64,000 nucleotides of DNA from Chrysomallon squamiferum (Eukaryota > Animalia > Mollusca), in contig CM022670.1 in NCBI GenBank assembly GCA_012295275.1, positions 28,458,001 through 28,522,000 on the forward strand, written 5' to 3'. The position numbers were made by a program, and so were the translations under genes. Below the pieces are notes generated by a model, which was given only the letters and a program-made list of their open reading frames with translations, searched no databases and had not been told where the DNA came from. Positions within the stretch are counted from its first letter, which is position 1, and every line of letters begins with the position of its first letter. Positions 25,467 through 40,267 of this stretch are shown one piece after another.

Positions 25467-28400
25467 CTGAAAAAATAAAGTAAATTTGCATTGGTATATG
25501 TGGGCTATTATTTTTATATGTTTTTAAAAGTAAAAAAAAAAATAATGTTACAGTGTTTTAATTAGTAAAAAGTAATGATTAACAAATAATAAGTTATTAT
25601 ATAATTTTTTCCAAATGATGAATAAATGAAAGAACAAGAATAATAAAAAAGATATTTAAAAAAAATAGTCTACTTTCAACAAGTAATAAATTACTCATCA
25701 TAATATGGTTACACTAATCAGTATGAACTCCACAAAAATATGGCAGCAATTTATTTTGATTTACCATTTTATAAAGTCAAAATATCACTGAATATCTAAA
25801 TCATTAAAAGCCAAGATAAAGAAAACAACTCTTGGTCATACTACCATTGTTAACTTGATTACCCATTCTAGAAACGGTGCATAACATGACTTCCTGTTAA
25901 CACATGGAAACCAGTGCTAAACTACATCTGTACTGAGGTCATTGTTTCTTGCCTTTCTGAATAAATGTGACTCATAAGTGAAAGCAGACAGAAGAAATCA
26001 AAATGAAAGGAAGTCATTTAGAAATGCTGGGACTGGTAAACTGTTATGAACTGTTAAATGGTAAATGAATGAACATGAGGTCTGAAGTGAGCCACTGGAA
26101 AATGATTGTGTTATATTTCTGTTATGTAAAGAAAGAGAAAGAAAAGCTTTGTTTAACTTTACCTGCACATTTTGAATCAACTGTTAAAATTAATAATGTT
26201 AAGTATGTTATTGATAATGAAAGAGGAAAGCAAATCCTACAATAAAAATAGGCCACCAATATTCAATTAGCAGCAATAACTTTTTGTTATGTGCCTTCCC
26301 ATAAACAGTAAAGCTTGTGCCACATCCTTTGATAAACTGATGCTCTCTGGATTTTGTTATAATGTACTGACAATGAAACATAACCTAATACAGTGGTATA
26401 AGTTGATGAAAATAATATTTAATGGATTCTAACATAAAAGAAAACAGTTTTATAAACCAGTGATTATTATTATACTTATAGACATTCCAATACAAAAACT
26501 AATTGGATAATATATATATGACTAGAAATAACAAATATTTAACAACACCACAGCAAAAACAAAAACAAAACAAAAAACATAAAATAAATTTAATTAATTA
26601 AATAAATAAATTTTAAAAAGTAATTTAAAATAATAATAAAAAGTAATAAATAAATAAATAGATAACTAGTTTTAAAATATTAACATACAATGTATGCATA
26701 GGTATATGTATGGTTGTAAAATGTATGTATATGAATATATGTATATATGTATATGTATTAGCTGACTAATTATGATGTGTAAATTTTATGTAAAAAATAT
26801 ATGTTTGTATGTATGCCTGTGTATACAAACATGCACACAAAACCTGTAATTGTATAATTTATGCATGTAAAACAATGTCTGTGTAGAACAGTTTGTACAG
26901 GAGCGTGTGGAGGACGGTGGTAGTTCAGGAACATGTAAGTGTGTGTGTCTTGTGTCTTCTAGTCACCAACAAAACATGTCATTTATTAGCTTCCTTCCTC
27001 AATAAAACACTCACACTGCAGTCTGTTGTTTTACAGTGGTGTACAAAAACAGTCACTCTTTTCAACTACATTTACAGGCCTTTATATAGTGTGTGAGTTT
27101 ACTTAGCAAGAACTCATATCAGTCAGTGTAGATAACAGGCCAAAAAGAGTTATCTCCCTTTAGTAAAGCCTGCTTGTAGTACTTGAACAGTTTAAGGTAG
27201 ATTTTAAAGGTACTGACTTCAAGAAATTTTGTTTTAGCTAGATGTATATGGCAGCGTGTGTGTATACATGTAAATTAATACTATAATTTTTTTTTTTTTT
27301 ACAGTTAGTAAGTAAATATAACCAGTAAATAAATAAAACTAAGTAAAATGGTCATTTGTCTAGCCAGTATTTTTATTTTCTATAAACTGACTTAAAACTG
27401 AGATTCTTAAAGCTTTTCAAGCTATAAGTAAATAAATATGAAAAAAATGGAATTAAAATTTATTGGTTTGTTATTTAATTTTGTACAGGTTTTAGTTACC
27501 TTTAATTTTGCATTAGCAATGACATTGTAGACATAACAGACATTCTGTCTTTCAAAATAAATTGGGACACATTCCTAAAATCCTGTCAGATGGGCAAAAC
27601 ATCCGTTGTTTAATCACTTTGTTAACAGGACAAGAAAATCCACTCTTAAATCCAGTCACTAAGAAAACAATACAATGTTTAATCAAATCATTAACAGATA
27701 GGAAAAGTCACTCACACAAGTCCAGTTAAATCAGTAAAAAATCCAATCTAGAATTATATGTGTAGAAAAATCCATTAAAAACAAAATACAATCACTGGAA
27801 AAGGAATATGTAAAAACCAATACTTTTTAATGGAGGGGTTGAAACAAATCCACAAAACCCAGATTAATACCTTAAATTATGATCTGCTACCTGAGATGGA
27901 CTACAGGTAATGGATACAGGCGAACAGGTGTCAGTTTTCATAACAAAACAAACAAATTTTTTTTTATCAAGATAACAATGACAAGATATAACATTTATCA
28001 TAAATTCATATCTTTAAACTAGTTACACCCATAAATTTATTTAACACTTGTCAATCACTGCATTCTTAAAATAATAACAACAATAAAGATAATGATTGCC
28101 AATACAGTGATGGCAATAATAATAATAACATGCAGTAATAATCACAAAGTTGATGATAATGATGACCATAATGATGATATTAATAATGATAAAGTAATAA
28201 CTGATGTTAGTTACAATTATCAGTCACAAAGATGGTGATGATGATGATGATGATAAATAATAATATAATAATTGAAGGAAGGAAAATTTATTTACCTGAT
28301 GTGACCATTTGGGTGGGTTATTTTTACCAATTAGTAAGATGGAATTCTTTAAGATTGTTTTTCAACAATCTAGAAAACAACAGCATGTGATATGCCAGTG

Positions 28401-28969
28401 TTTGGGAAATATCCAGAACTAGAAATAACAACTGCCCAATGTATTCAGTAATGAGGATGCTCATTTATTCAGATATGAAATAACACTGAACAATAACAAA
28501 TTACTTTAATTAATTAATTAACTAATTTTTTTTAACATGGTCTGATATGATGTGATTTCCACATTATAGGTAATTATCTATTAATGACAATGTGTAACTA
28601 TAATTTGACATCCTGAACTTGTAATCTCAGGATAACAATGTGATAAATCCTATTTACAGACATTCAAGTAGACAGACAGACAGACAGGTAGGCAGGCAAT
28701 AAGACAAAGTGACTAGTGTGATAGTCATTCATTACATGTCTTGTTAGTGCATGGTCATAACATAGAGATAAATGCTATCTAGTCCATTTCAATAAAACGT
28801 GACATAATTACAGCCCTCCACCAAGTATTAATATACTAAGATAATTATTCTTATTAGGTAACATGCCTATCACACCCATGATGGTCTAATATTAAATTTT
28901 CTCAAGGGTTAATAACAATGTTAATATATCTAGTTGTTAAACCTAATCCAGAAAAAAACAGAAAAACCA

Positions 28970-28971
<2 letters not shown>

Positions 28972-29008
<37 letters not shown>
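28972..29008. repeat. (CA)n microsatellite
   Basis: Directly visible. Confidence 0.95.
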
Positions 29009-29013
<5 letters not shown>

Positions 29014-29106
29014 AAAGATCTAAAAAAAAAAATGCCATTTTAAAATACATATAGGTGTAATATATGTAAAAGAAATATATATATATTAGTAGGCACATGT
29101 ACATAA

Positions 29107-29139
<33 letters not shown>

Positions 29140-32100
29140 ATAATATTAATAACATAAGGAACTGGCAGATATCACTTTATTGTAGAAATATTAATGTATC
29201 TTATAGGATGTTATCACAATACACTCTGCTTTCAGTAGACAGACCTGAAATCCTAACAATCCTAAATTCCTAAACAGATTGATCCCCAAGGATTCTGACT
29301 AAGGATGGATGACCTATAGAACCTAACAGATGCTGACAGCCAAGAAGATTTTTAATAATCTTATTACCTGCTTTAATATGCTGGGCCAGTCCTTGAACCA
29401 CGTAGTAAATAATAAAAAGTAGGTTAAGTACCTGCTTTATTTTTTGTTTAGAATATAATCTGCATTTATTGTATTTATATCCTTTTATTCTTTATCTTTG
29501 TGTGTCTGTGTAGGTTTTGTGTGCATGTTTGTATGTGTGTGTATATGTCTGTATGTGTACATGAATATGAGAGAGAGAGAGAGACATATAACCTTTTTTT
29601 CCCCAGTGTTAATCCTATTGTATTTTCTCTGTATTTATTTGAATTCCAAACATTTTTAAGACACATGCTTCTTATCAGTATGAATGCACTAGAACTGGCA
29701 AAGACTATAATCTTTTAATAAATGCGCTTTATCTGAATAGGGATGGTTGTAGTAGGAGTAGTAAATCTTTAATGTAAAAATATACTGATATTGATGATTA
29801 AAGGAAAAATTTATCGGAATCCTGGTGTTTTATTTCAAGTTAAATTAGTACAAGAAACACATAAAAATAACTCAAAAAGTTTATGAGTGTATTTATATAC
29901 AGAATGTGTGTGTGTGCGTGTGTGTGTGCGTGTGTGCATATGTGTGTGTAAGTTAAGTGCTTGTATGTATATGTTTACATATATGAAGTCTACCCACATA
30001 AGAATGGCTTTGAATGCACTTGAATGTATGTTGATGTGTATTTTTAGGCTTAGTATTTTCTATCATTCAGAAAAAGAAAAATGTATTTGACAAGTTAAAT
30101 AGAGAACAGAACAGATACCTACCAACAAATCATAGACTCAGTTTGCTATGAATCATTTATAAAATATCTGGATCCTTTTCCAATCCTTTTTAAAATTAAT
30201 ACTAGATTTTAATGTGTTTACTTTTTTAACTTATCTTCCGACATAACTTTAAAACCAGTTGTTGGACATTAACAAGTAAGAATACTGCCAACAGGTTATT
30301 TTAGATATCATCAAGACTCCGCAACAGAAAGGTGTCACCAGGTATAAACACATAATACGAGGTAAAACCCTGTGTAATACGCAGTGTATGTGTATACTTG
30401 TACTTACCTCACTTCATGCAGTCACTCTTTTTATTATATACACCATTACCTATTTTACAAGTGTATCCACATTTTATTGTGAAGTATGTTTACAAACATA
30501 AAATACACAGTGTATATAAAATATTTTATAGGCTTTTTTTTTATTCTTTTACAAATAAGGTAAGTAAATGCAGAACATGTTCTTGTCATTTCTTTAAAAA
30601 AAAGTAAGTCTGCATTAAATTCAACATTATATTTTTTTATCCTTTTTCAAATAACATAAAAATTTAAATTTCTCAAAATGAGTTAGCATGAATATATAAC
30701 CTGTATCTCCGTTTCTTAGTAAACTAAATTTACATTAAATTACACAGTGTAGTTTTCTTGATTTCTTAATAAAGCAAGTTTACAAACTTGAAATCCCATC
30801 TTTGTTTACCTGCAAAAACATACATACATAAAGTAGATCAGACCCAGAATCTATGTTCTAGTCTGGTAAAATGTACCACTCATTAGAAGTCCTGAAATCA
30901 GTAGTGGTTCTCTGAGGTTTTTAATGGATGATTTAGAAAAGAAAACAAACTTGAATGTAACTGATATGAGAATTTGTTAAAAAGTTCTATATCAAAATAT
31001 GGACTCTTTTTTACAGTGTAGGCACTAGCTGATTTGCTCAGTCATGATATGAATTTTTTTTTTTTTTTAAATGATTTTAACAATACTTCATCCTTAATTA
31101 ACATTACTACATGATAAATACATATCACACAGCTGTCTGTTAACACATCATCACACGAAAAAATTCATAGATGTACAAAATTTATATTAACCACATATAT
31201 ATTACGATCTGGTAGGTATACAAACATATCAACAAAGACACTGTCATGTTTTGTACAGTGACATTATTCATTTATCCTGAAGATATCATCTATTTGTTGA
31301 AAAATATACTAAATTGAAATCACACAAAATAATATCTTATACTGATATACAAATGTAATAAGCACCAAATTGAAATATAAAATATTACGCATCTGACAGT
31401 AAAATACTATTATAAGCAGCATTACAAAATAACCCATTTTTAATTATCTGTTTTTATTGTGTATTATGTAAAATTATTATTCATGTGCCCATAAATATAT
31501 TACAATTTGACCCCCCCCCCCACAAAACTTGTGCATAATTAATACCGTAAGAGATTCTATTCATCAGTAACAACAACAAATAACTAATATATATATATTT
31601 ATATAAATAATCAAACAAACAAATAAATAAATAGACAAACAGACAAATAGACAAATAAATAAATAAATAAATAAATAAACAATCAAACAAAAATACCTTG
31701 AAAGTAAAGTAAATTATTATCAATACCTGAAAGTTAAACTGTCTTTCATGAACCGTTTGGAGGCCATATTTATTTGACAAGTAACATAATGTCGTTATAA
31801 ATCTTCATGTGGTATGTTTGCACAACAAAGTATTGATATCCTTTCCACTTAGTCAGCCTATAAAAACACATTATTCTGTGAACATATTTAGCAGAATGCA
31901 CAGCAGGGATTAAAAAAACACAAAAGCCTCTGATCCACCAATTGAAGTTGACAGCATCAGGTGTAATAATTTTATTAATATCATGTGTGGTATAAGTATG
32001 TTAGCTTATGCCAAGTCATGTCATAGAATGAAATGGAAGAAAAAATCATTTTAAAAATACTATTTTCCTTTTCCTTTTTTGCTTCTTTGTCCATCTATCT

Positions 32101-34209
32101 GTCTGTCTATTGAAATAAAACATGTTTTTTCTTTTTCTGCCTATGTCATCCATCCATCAATCTATCCATCTTTTAGGTGTTTATCTGTTTATCAATGGCA
32201 TATGTGTGTGCATGAATCTATATTTATATAGAAACAAGGACATAGATTAAATAAAATGACAAAACATCAAAAATAAGGGAAAAAATTATAGATGGAAATT
32301 GATAAGCATGCATATCTAATAAGTTATTACTAATAGGTAAAATTTATTAAAAAATAAAAGATACATACATCACTAGGAACTGCAATGTGTAACCTGCAAG
32401 TTCCATCCCCTGCTGTTCAAACCATGTCACAACGACCACGTAGTTCAAAGAATTGAACAAGGACATGGTCATACAATAATAATTTTCCTTCACCAACTGG
32501 TACAGATATTAACTGGATTTCTTGTATTTCATTTATAGAGAACATTTCACACCAGAGGCTTGTACAACTTGTTCTGCTTAAAAAGAAAATGTTTGGCTGT
32601 GTATAAAATGTGTACTGGAGTGTGAGATACGAACGGTGTCCATGATGTTTGTTTAACCTGATTTGTGTTAGGGACCTGATCTTGTTATTTGACCATGCAG
32701 GCCTCACTGACACCCAACAATGGTCAGGTAACACCCCCTCCCAGTGTCATGCTATCGGCTACAGATAATACATTCCGTGACAATCACCTTCAGCTTCTCG
32801 TTAGTTGTTACCTGTAATTAGTTTATCTATTACAGGTGAAATATGTTTGTTACTGGTGGCAGTAAACAGAAGTATTGGTTAAAGGATTATTTTTTCTTTT
32901 TCTTAAAGCTGCTTTTTGGAGGCAGGTTTGATGTGATAGAAAAGTAAACTGAATATATTCACTCACACATTTCTCTTATGTGGGTTCAACAAAACACTCA
33001 AATATTTGCCACATTCCTTAAATATCCACCATTCCCCCAACCCACCCATTCATCCACCCTAACAACAATCCCCTCTCTCCATTCCAAGGACAATTGTTGT
33101 GTCAAACCAGTATCAACTACTATATTTCAAACGAATGCACACCTTCACCTGGACAATAGAACATTTTATAAGCAAATATTGTTCTACAATTACAGAGAGA
33201 CAGACGGGTGGTATGAATAACTGAAAACACAAAGGTAATGTGGACAACACAACACATTACATGACAGCAAAATGTCATCTCTTGATTCACTGATTTTTTA
33301 TACAGTGAAAAATATTTTACAGATGACCATAACACATAAAAATATACTTAAATGTATGATTTTTCTGATAAATCTTGGAGGAATGGGTTTTTTTTGGGGG
33401 GGGGTTGGCTTTTCTTTCTCCTTCTTTATTTTTTTTTTTTGTTTTTTTAAGTTGTTGTATTCTAGAGTTTATATTTATATTATTTTATTTATTATTTTTT
33501 ATCTAAGGTCAGTGCAAATGACAGTATTAAGATAATGCTTTAATGATTACATTCAAGTACCTTCATACATACACATACACAAGCAACATTCAGACACATA
33601 TATTCAAAGTTCAAACACTCACACACACACCCTAAACAGTATTTATTTTATTCCTGCTACTTTACGATTCAAGTACTAATTAAAACAGTGTAACCATTTA
33701 GATTACAATACCATATATTAAACATGCTCACACTATAAGCAGTAGGTCATAATTAAAAATTAATAATTTTTACTAGATGATTAGTTAAGATACTTAATCT
33801 AGAATTATATTTACAAATCAGATAACAATGGATGGACAACTTGTAAGAAAACTAACTTTCGATAAATTCCTGTTTCAGAAAGGTGCCAACTCTGATGAAT
33901 CAATCTTGTTTTCTTATCTATAGTGATGAAGTGATGGTCCACAGTGCTACCTTGTGTTTGCTGATTCTGCTTACAAAATATTCTCATATTTGACAACCAA
34001 TAATCATTAAAATAAACACCTGCACTGAGGTGTTACTAAACAAACAAATAGTTGTTCAGTCACACACCTCAAGTACTTTAATCACTTTTGTTTTGTTTAT
34101 TGTTTATTATGGCTATTATTCTGTAAATACCTTTTCATCATCACAAGCTTATTAATAACACACAAAATTCACATTATGGTTGTTTTCAATAACGTTAACA
34201 ACACTGTTG

Positions 34210-34242
<33 letters not shown>

Positions 34243-34639
34243 GCTTTGAACTTTCCAAGTGAAAAATAAAAGTCCACACATTACTATTAAGATCTGGAAA
34301 CTGATCAAAACTTAATCTTTCACAACAACTCTTTTCAGCTAAACCAGTGTGTATGGCAGTGAGGCATTTTGCTGGACAAAGATTCAGTCTAATCTTTGGC
34401 TCACAGGTGCTGAGTTAGGATCTAATCGGCTGACCTCGAGTGATCTGGCCGTTTTATTGCCAAGTGCTAATTCCAACACCAGGCTTGCTCAGAACAGCCA
34501 AAGAATTGAGATTATCTTAATGATAATAGCTGATATGTTTCTGATAAGAGATGATACATTTAAAGCAACCTCTGATACATTAACGATAACTGATGCTGTA
34601 TTTATGATAGCGGTTTATGTATTTATTATATTAGATTGT

Positions 34640-35110
34640 TATTACTACCGCTATGGATACCACAACTCCTACTATTACACTGTCCTTATAACTACTACTC
34701 TACCACTATTATTGTTAACCACTGCTGTTTGTTTATGTTACTGCTGCAGCTACTACAACTACTACTACTACTACTGTTACTACCATTATCATAACTTTAC
34801 CTCTTAACTATTATACTCATTCTTTCTGAAGCTACTAAAGCTATTACTGATGGTGGTAGTACATCTACTACTATTACTACTACCACTACTACAACTTTTC
34901 CTCTTTTCTGTAACTGCTAGACATTATTTCTGAAGCTAATAAAGTTACTCTACTATTACTACCATACTACTACTACTACTACTACTACAACTTTTCCTCT
35001 TTACTGTAACTACTAAACACATTCTTTCCGAAGCTACTGAAATTAGCACTGCTAGTACAACTACTACCACCACCATCTACTTCCATTAATTCTGTTTCTG
35101 CTACTGGTAC
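34640..35110. repeat. (ACT)n-derived low-complexity region containing a ~97-bp higher-order unit, 3 copies
   Basis: AACTTT.CCTCTT..TAACT..CATT.TTTC.GAAGCTA occurs at about 34793, 34893 and 34989 among ACT/ACC triplets. Confidence 0.85.
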
Positions 35111-35324
35111 TAGTTTTGTAATTATTTTTTCTAGTATATATATTTTTTTTTTTTACAAAATCTGTTATCTTTTGGTTTCATTCTGTTACCATTGCTGGAG
35201 ATATGATTTTTATTATTTTTGTTTATTATTATTATTATTTTATTTTATTTTTTTTTTTTTTTTGCTCTGTTTGTGATAAAGAGGCCGATAAGAAGCCCAT
35301 ACAAAATTTAATGAGAGCATTTAC

Positions 35325-35738
35325 CTTTCTGTCTCCAAAAGTAAGTCTATCATCATCATCATCATCATGGTCATCACAGCAGTCAGGGTCCACACACCAC
35401 AGTGATGGTCTGTCAGGCAGAGTTATCTGCCTTTCCTGCTTCTTTTCAATAGGAGGAACAACCGACATGGAGTCATGGCCAACCCTTTCACATCTAGAAA
35501 TGGTATCCTTGTTTCTGAATTTGTTTTTTAATAACACTTTTTTGCCAGAAATGCTTTCTTGTGTTTTTACTGAACCACTTTTGACATGACTGGTATCCTC
35601 AAGGTAGTTATTATTTGAATTTGGAATTCTGGTAACTGATTCAGTGATGTGGCCACATTTTAATTCCTGATCAAGATCTTCTTGTTTTTCTTTCAAATTA
35701 TCCCCTGTATCTGAACTTGCCGTGTTGCTAATGTCATC
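35325..35738 (-). CDS. Internal coding exon, 138 codons (DDISNTASSD...LTFGDRK), with a poly-Asp tract
   Basis: Lies within the 183-aa ORF. Acceptor tttattcctttcag|GAT and donor AAG|GTAAAT give 414 nt, phase 0/0. Composition switches sharply to A/T runs outside these boundaries. Confidence 0.85.
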
Positions 35739-37509
35739 CTGAAAGGAATAAATTTCATAAAGAATGTCATAAAAAAGTTGTTTCATTAAAAAAATAGCAT
35801 GATATGCGCATTATTCATGAATTTCTTACATAAAATTCCTTCACGTATATCAAAGATAATGTTTGTTTTATAGCAGAAAACAAAACAAAAAAATTAAAAA
35901 AGAATAAAAGTAAAATAAAATAAATAAATAATTCTTTTTTTATCGCTGTTCACACACACACAAAATAACTTATGTAAATAAGAAATGAAACTTGTTTTAT
36001 ATAAATCATTTCAGTGTAATATTGAACCAGATGACATTTCGTAATGGGGAATTTCAAAATTATACTACAATCTTATGAATCATTTATATGCACCTTTATA
36101 CACAAATACATGTAATCACAGCATTTCATAAACCAGTTTTGATGACAACACCACTGGACACAACAAGGATAATGGATACTGTTTGATAAAAAAATGTTTT
36201 ACGTATTAAAACTTATCAGTCAAAGTGTCGGATATAATGTAGGCCAAATGTCAACAAGTTGTTAACTATATTTAAATTTCCTCTCTGACACAACTATACA
36301 AACAATTCCACTTTTCAGATAATCCCAGCTTTGATGTATACTGGATCTCAAAACTGTTCTTACTACTTAATCACAAAATTCCAGTTTTCACTGAATATAT
36401 ACAAGTGTTAGTGATTATGCTGTTGTGTTCCAGAAGAGAAAGGAATTAAACAGAGACATGTTGTATATTGTGAGTCAATGCAGAAAAATTAAAGTTTGTT
36501 TCCTTGTTGATTATTTTGGTTCTTTTTTTTTCTTTTTCTTTTATGATACCTTTTGAGAAACACAATGAAAACAATAGCTTATTTTTGTACACAAGATAAC
36601 TGATCATAAAATTTTGAATTCTTTATTTAACTCAAAGCCAACAGAAATTACTAAGCACAACAATGTTTTTTATTTAGAATATTTTAAACATTTAGTTTGT
36701 ATGAGTTTACCCATAACAGCATTAACACACACACATTAAATTTCAATTCTTCAATTAAGAAATCCACAAGCACCCACCCACTCCCTCCATGCCTGTAAGA
36801 ATTGATATGTTCCATCCCTCCCTCTCAAACACGCCCACTCTGAAACACAAAGTGAGAGAGATAAAATTACTGTTGAAACATTTCAGGAAGATTTATCTGA
36901 ACATTTGTTCATCATGTTTCTCTGTCAAGAGGTGATAAACACGACTTATCTGATACATGGTAGACACCTACTTCCTCACTCATAGCAGACTAAAAACATT
37001 TCCACTAGGTAGCCCTAGCAATGGTCAAGCCATCTGTAACTGACTGGTAGGTACTAGGATAACAACCCAGTACTGACTCCCATAGAGAATTAGCTACCTG
37101 GAGAAAGAGAGAGAGATGTAGTACTGCTATATTAATTCTCTAATGATAATGTTTACTTGGTTATGGGCAAAGAAAAACCAGATTCCTGGATTATATGATC
37201 TGGGCAGCTGTGTTTGAACCTCTGGAGAAAATAAATTATAATCATCATCATCAAAACAAGCTTTTACCAGTGCATATAAAATCACCATTGTTCAAAAATC
37301 TGATATGATTAGTAATAATACCATTAATATTGAAATATGTCAACTGTCAACCTTTCATAATTTCATTCATTTGTTCACTCACTCAGTAACTTACTTACTC
37401 ATTATTCTGTGAACATCTATTGTCTCACTCACTCATACAATTATTCACTAACTAATTTACTCACTCAGTTACTCACACTCCAACAGGTACACCCACTCAC
37501 TCTACTCAC

Positions 37510-37563
37510 CTGCACACAGAGGTTGTATTTTCCCTGATACTGGCTCTCCACCTCACAACTCAT
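37510..37563 (-). CDS. Probable first coding exon of an uncharacterised minus-strand gene (MSCEVESQYQGKYNLCVQ); the full exon including 5'UTR is 37599-37510
   Basis: Acceptor ttttgtttcacag|AGAGGG at 37600/37599 and perfect donor CAG|GTGAGT at 37510/37509. ATG (aagATG) at 37563 has an in-frame TAG two codons upstream. The 18 codons end in phase 0, matching the next exon. Confidence 0.6.
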
Positions 37564-37927
37564 CTTCTACTCTGTCCAGTACCTACATGGCTGCCCTCTC
37601 TGTGAAACAAAACATTCAAGTATTAAATTTTTCTGAAGAAATGTAACAATAACATAAACAACAACCATGAACATTAAAAAACTTCAAAAAAATGATAAAT
37701 AACAAAACTGCAAATACCAAATGAAAAAAGTATGATTTCAAAATACGCTCACAGAAATAAATATAAAAAAACTAAATCAATAATCATAACAGCACATTGA
37801 CTTCAGGTACCAAACATGAATTTGTTATGTGATGAAGTATAATTGTAAGGGTTATTAGGACTATTTCACCATTTTGTGTATAAAAATGACAATATGAAAT
37901 TTGTTTTTAGTTTATTTGCTTAAGTAC

Positions 37928-37930
<3 letters not shown>

Positions 37931-37958
<28 letters not shown>

Positions 37959-38193
37959 AGAGCACAAATACACATACAAAAGAAATGTAATAAATCTCAG
38001 AATCATATGTAAACTATTATAGTAATTCTGAGAGAGAGCAAAATGAGGTTGAAAAGTAGAGTGTGAAAACTAAGATATAAAATGTAGAATGGTACAGACA
38101 GACAGAAGGACAAAAAGGCTGTAGCAAAAAAATAAAGGTTACATTAATGACAGACATAAAAGCAGACAAACATATGTAATAGAGAGCATTCTC

Positions 38194-38225
<32 letters not shown>
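37931..38225. repeat. Two (GT)n microsatellites (37931-37957 and 38197-38225)
   Basis: Directly visible. Confidence 0.95.
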
Positions 38226-38229
<4 letters not shown>

Positions 38230-40148
38230 AAACAGAAAAGAAATAAGAGAAATAAAAAAATAGGAATTAACATCACAATCTCTACCACACTTTAAGCATA
38301 GTCTAAATAGAAATATTTTTCTTTTCTCTGTATTTATACATGCAGTGAAAGTAAATAAAAAAATAAAAATACAGCTACTATGGAAAACTTATCTCCAAAC
38401 AGCTGTATAATTATAGACTGTAAGAAATACTCAGATAACATCTTGTTTTTGTAAAAATGAAAGCCTTTTATCTTTTTCTTTTTTTTTTCTTCTTTTTTTA
38501 TTATTATTATTATTTTTCTTTTGTACATTTTCAATTTAGAATTCTATTTAGCAAGCCCCTTGGGTATTTTGGCATTCCATTTATCATGGATATAAATACT
38601 CTGAACCCTTAAACTGACAGACTAAATAAGGAAGAATGGGCTATGCTTCCAGGTAATGTAGTAAAGAGAGAAATAAAGTTTAATGTTGAAGGTAGATGAA
38701 TTTCAGACTACACAGGATATAAAGACATATATTGTAGAAACTCAAAAAATAAACACTGAAAAATAAAATACATTAAAAAACAAATTAATGATAATGAATA
38801 GAGTATTAGGGTGAAAATTCAGTTATTAGTGATTCTTTGACTTCTTAAAAGTGATTTGAAAGAAAAAAATATAGTGAAAAATCTTACAGAAAACCATAGT
38901 AAGTATAAAAATGGGAATATCTGAAGTTTTTACAGTGTTAGGGATAACTATCACTCACATTTACTCATTCACATACAAAAAGGTGCTTAATAGTTAAAGA
39001 AAATAAAGGTTAACAGTGACAAACAATTTAGGAAAGGAAATGTAAAACACAGAGAGATAGACAGACCTTCAGGTAAGAAAATAGTATACTAGTCACTGGA
39101 TTTCAAAAAAGGAAGAAATATTAAAATGTGAGACGAACTGATAACAAGATCCATAGAGCTATACGTAATAAGAAAATGTCTAGACAGAACAATTAAAAAA
39201 TGAGATAAAATTAAAAAAAAGAAAAAAGTCTCAAAGTGTCAGATAAACCTGCAATAAACAATTATATTCATGATTACCCAAATTGTTTAAAAAATCCAAA
39301 GAACTCAGGTAGGATTATAAAAACATTTTTTTAAGTTCACATACCATTGCAGACAGGTAAAAATAAAGAACACACACACACACAACTAAGAAAAGGTCAC
39401 CTTGAACAATACAAAACAATCAGTCATTTTTAACTCATCATCAGCAGTATTTAAGGAAAGTGAAATGAAGTGAACAGAACTGCTGACAGAAAAACTGAAA
39501 TCATTTAGCAAGAAAACATTTAGAAAACACAGTTACTTCATCCAAACAAAACATCCACCGACAGGTTACACTGACAAATTACCTCACACAATTGTTATTT
39601 TTAAATAATAACAACAACAATAACTAATAATAACATCAGTGACAAAAACAACTAAAACAATAATGATGATGATAATAATTAGTAAAACTAACCATAATAA
39701 CAACTGTAACACCACAACAGTATTAAGAAAAAATAAAGGATCCTTAGGCAATATCAGAAATATCAGAACATAATATCTTCAAAGAAAAGCTAATCTTCAA
39801 TTTCTTCAAAGAAAAAAAAGAAAGAAAAAGAAAAATTTCTGGCAAGAGCTAATCAGAAACATCTCAAATCTGGAGTTTTCTAAGAAAAGTTTTCTTTATC
39901 AAATTTCTCAAAATTACCTCCTGCTAATAACCTATCTGCACATCTGAATTTTTTACTTTCTCTAAAAGTACTTTTAAATTATTATTTTTTTAATTCTACT
40001 TGCTCAAACAAAATATCTCATTATTTGATTCTTATAAGTCATTTTCCAAGAGAAATTAAAAAAAAAAAAAAAATAATTGTTTTGTTTTACCAGAACCTAT
40101 CAAAAATACAGATTAGCCAAACTGTTAAAATACATTTTCTCTTACACT

Positions 40149-40188
40149 TTATTATTATTATTATTACTACTACTTCTACTACTACTAC

Positions 40189-40266
<78 letters not shown>
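40149..40266. repeat. (ATT)n/(ACT)n trinucleotide microsatellite
   Basis: Directly visible; it produces the poly-I and poly-L ORFs. Confidence 0.98.

Positions 40267-40267
<1 letters not shown>

Noticed and set aside
28296-30809. Extra coding exons in the 9.9-kb intron (about 28369-28296 and 30809-30701)
   Set aside because: Acceptor- and donor-like sites are present, but all three frames hit stop codons.
34349-34807. 152-aa + strand ORF
   Set aside because: It has a non-ATG start and runs into GAT/ACT triplet low complexity, with no splice support.
35203-35589. 128-aa + strand ORF
   Set aside because: It is an antisense shadow of exon 35738-35325 plus low-complexity intron.
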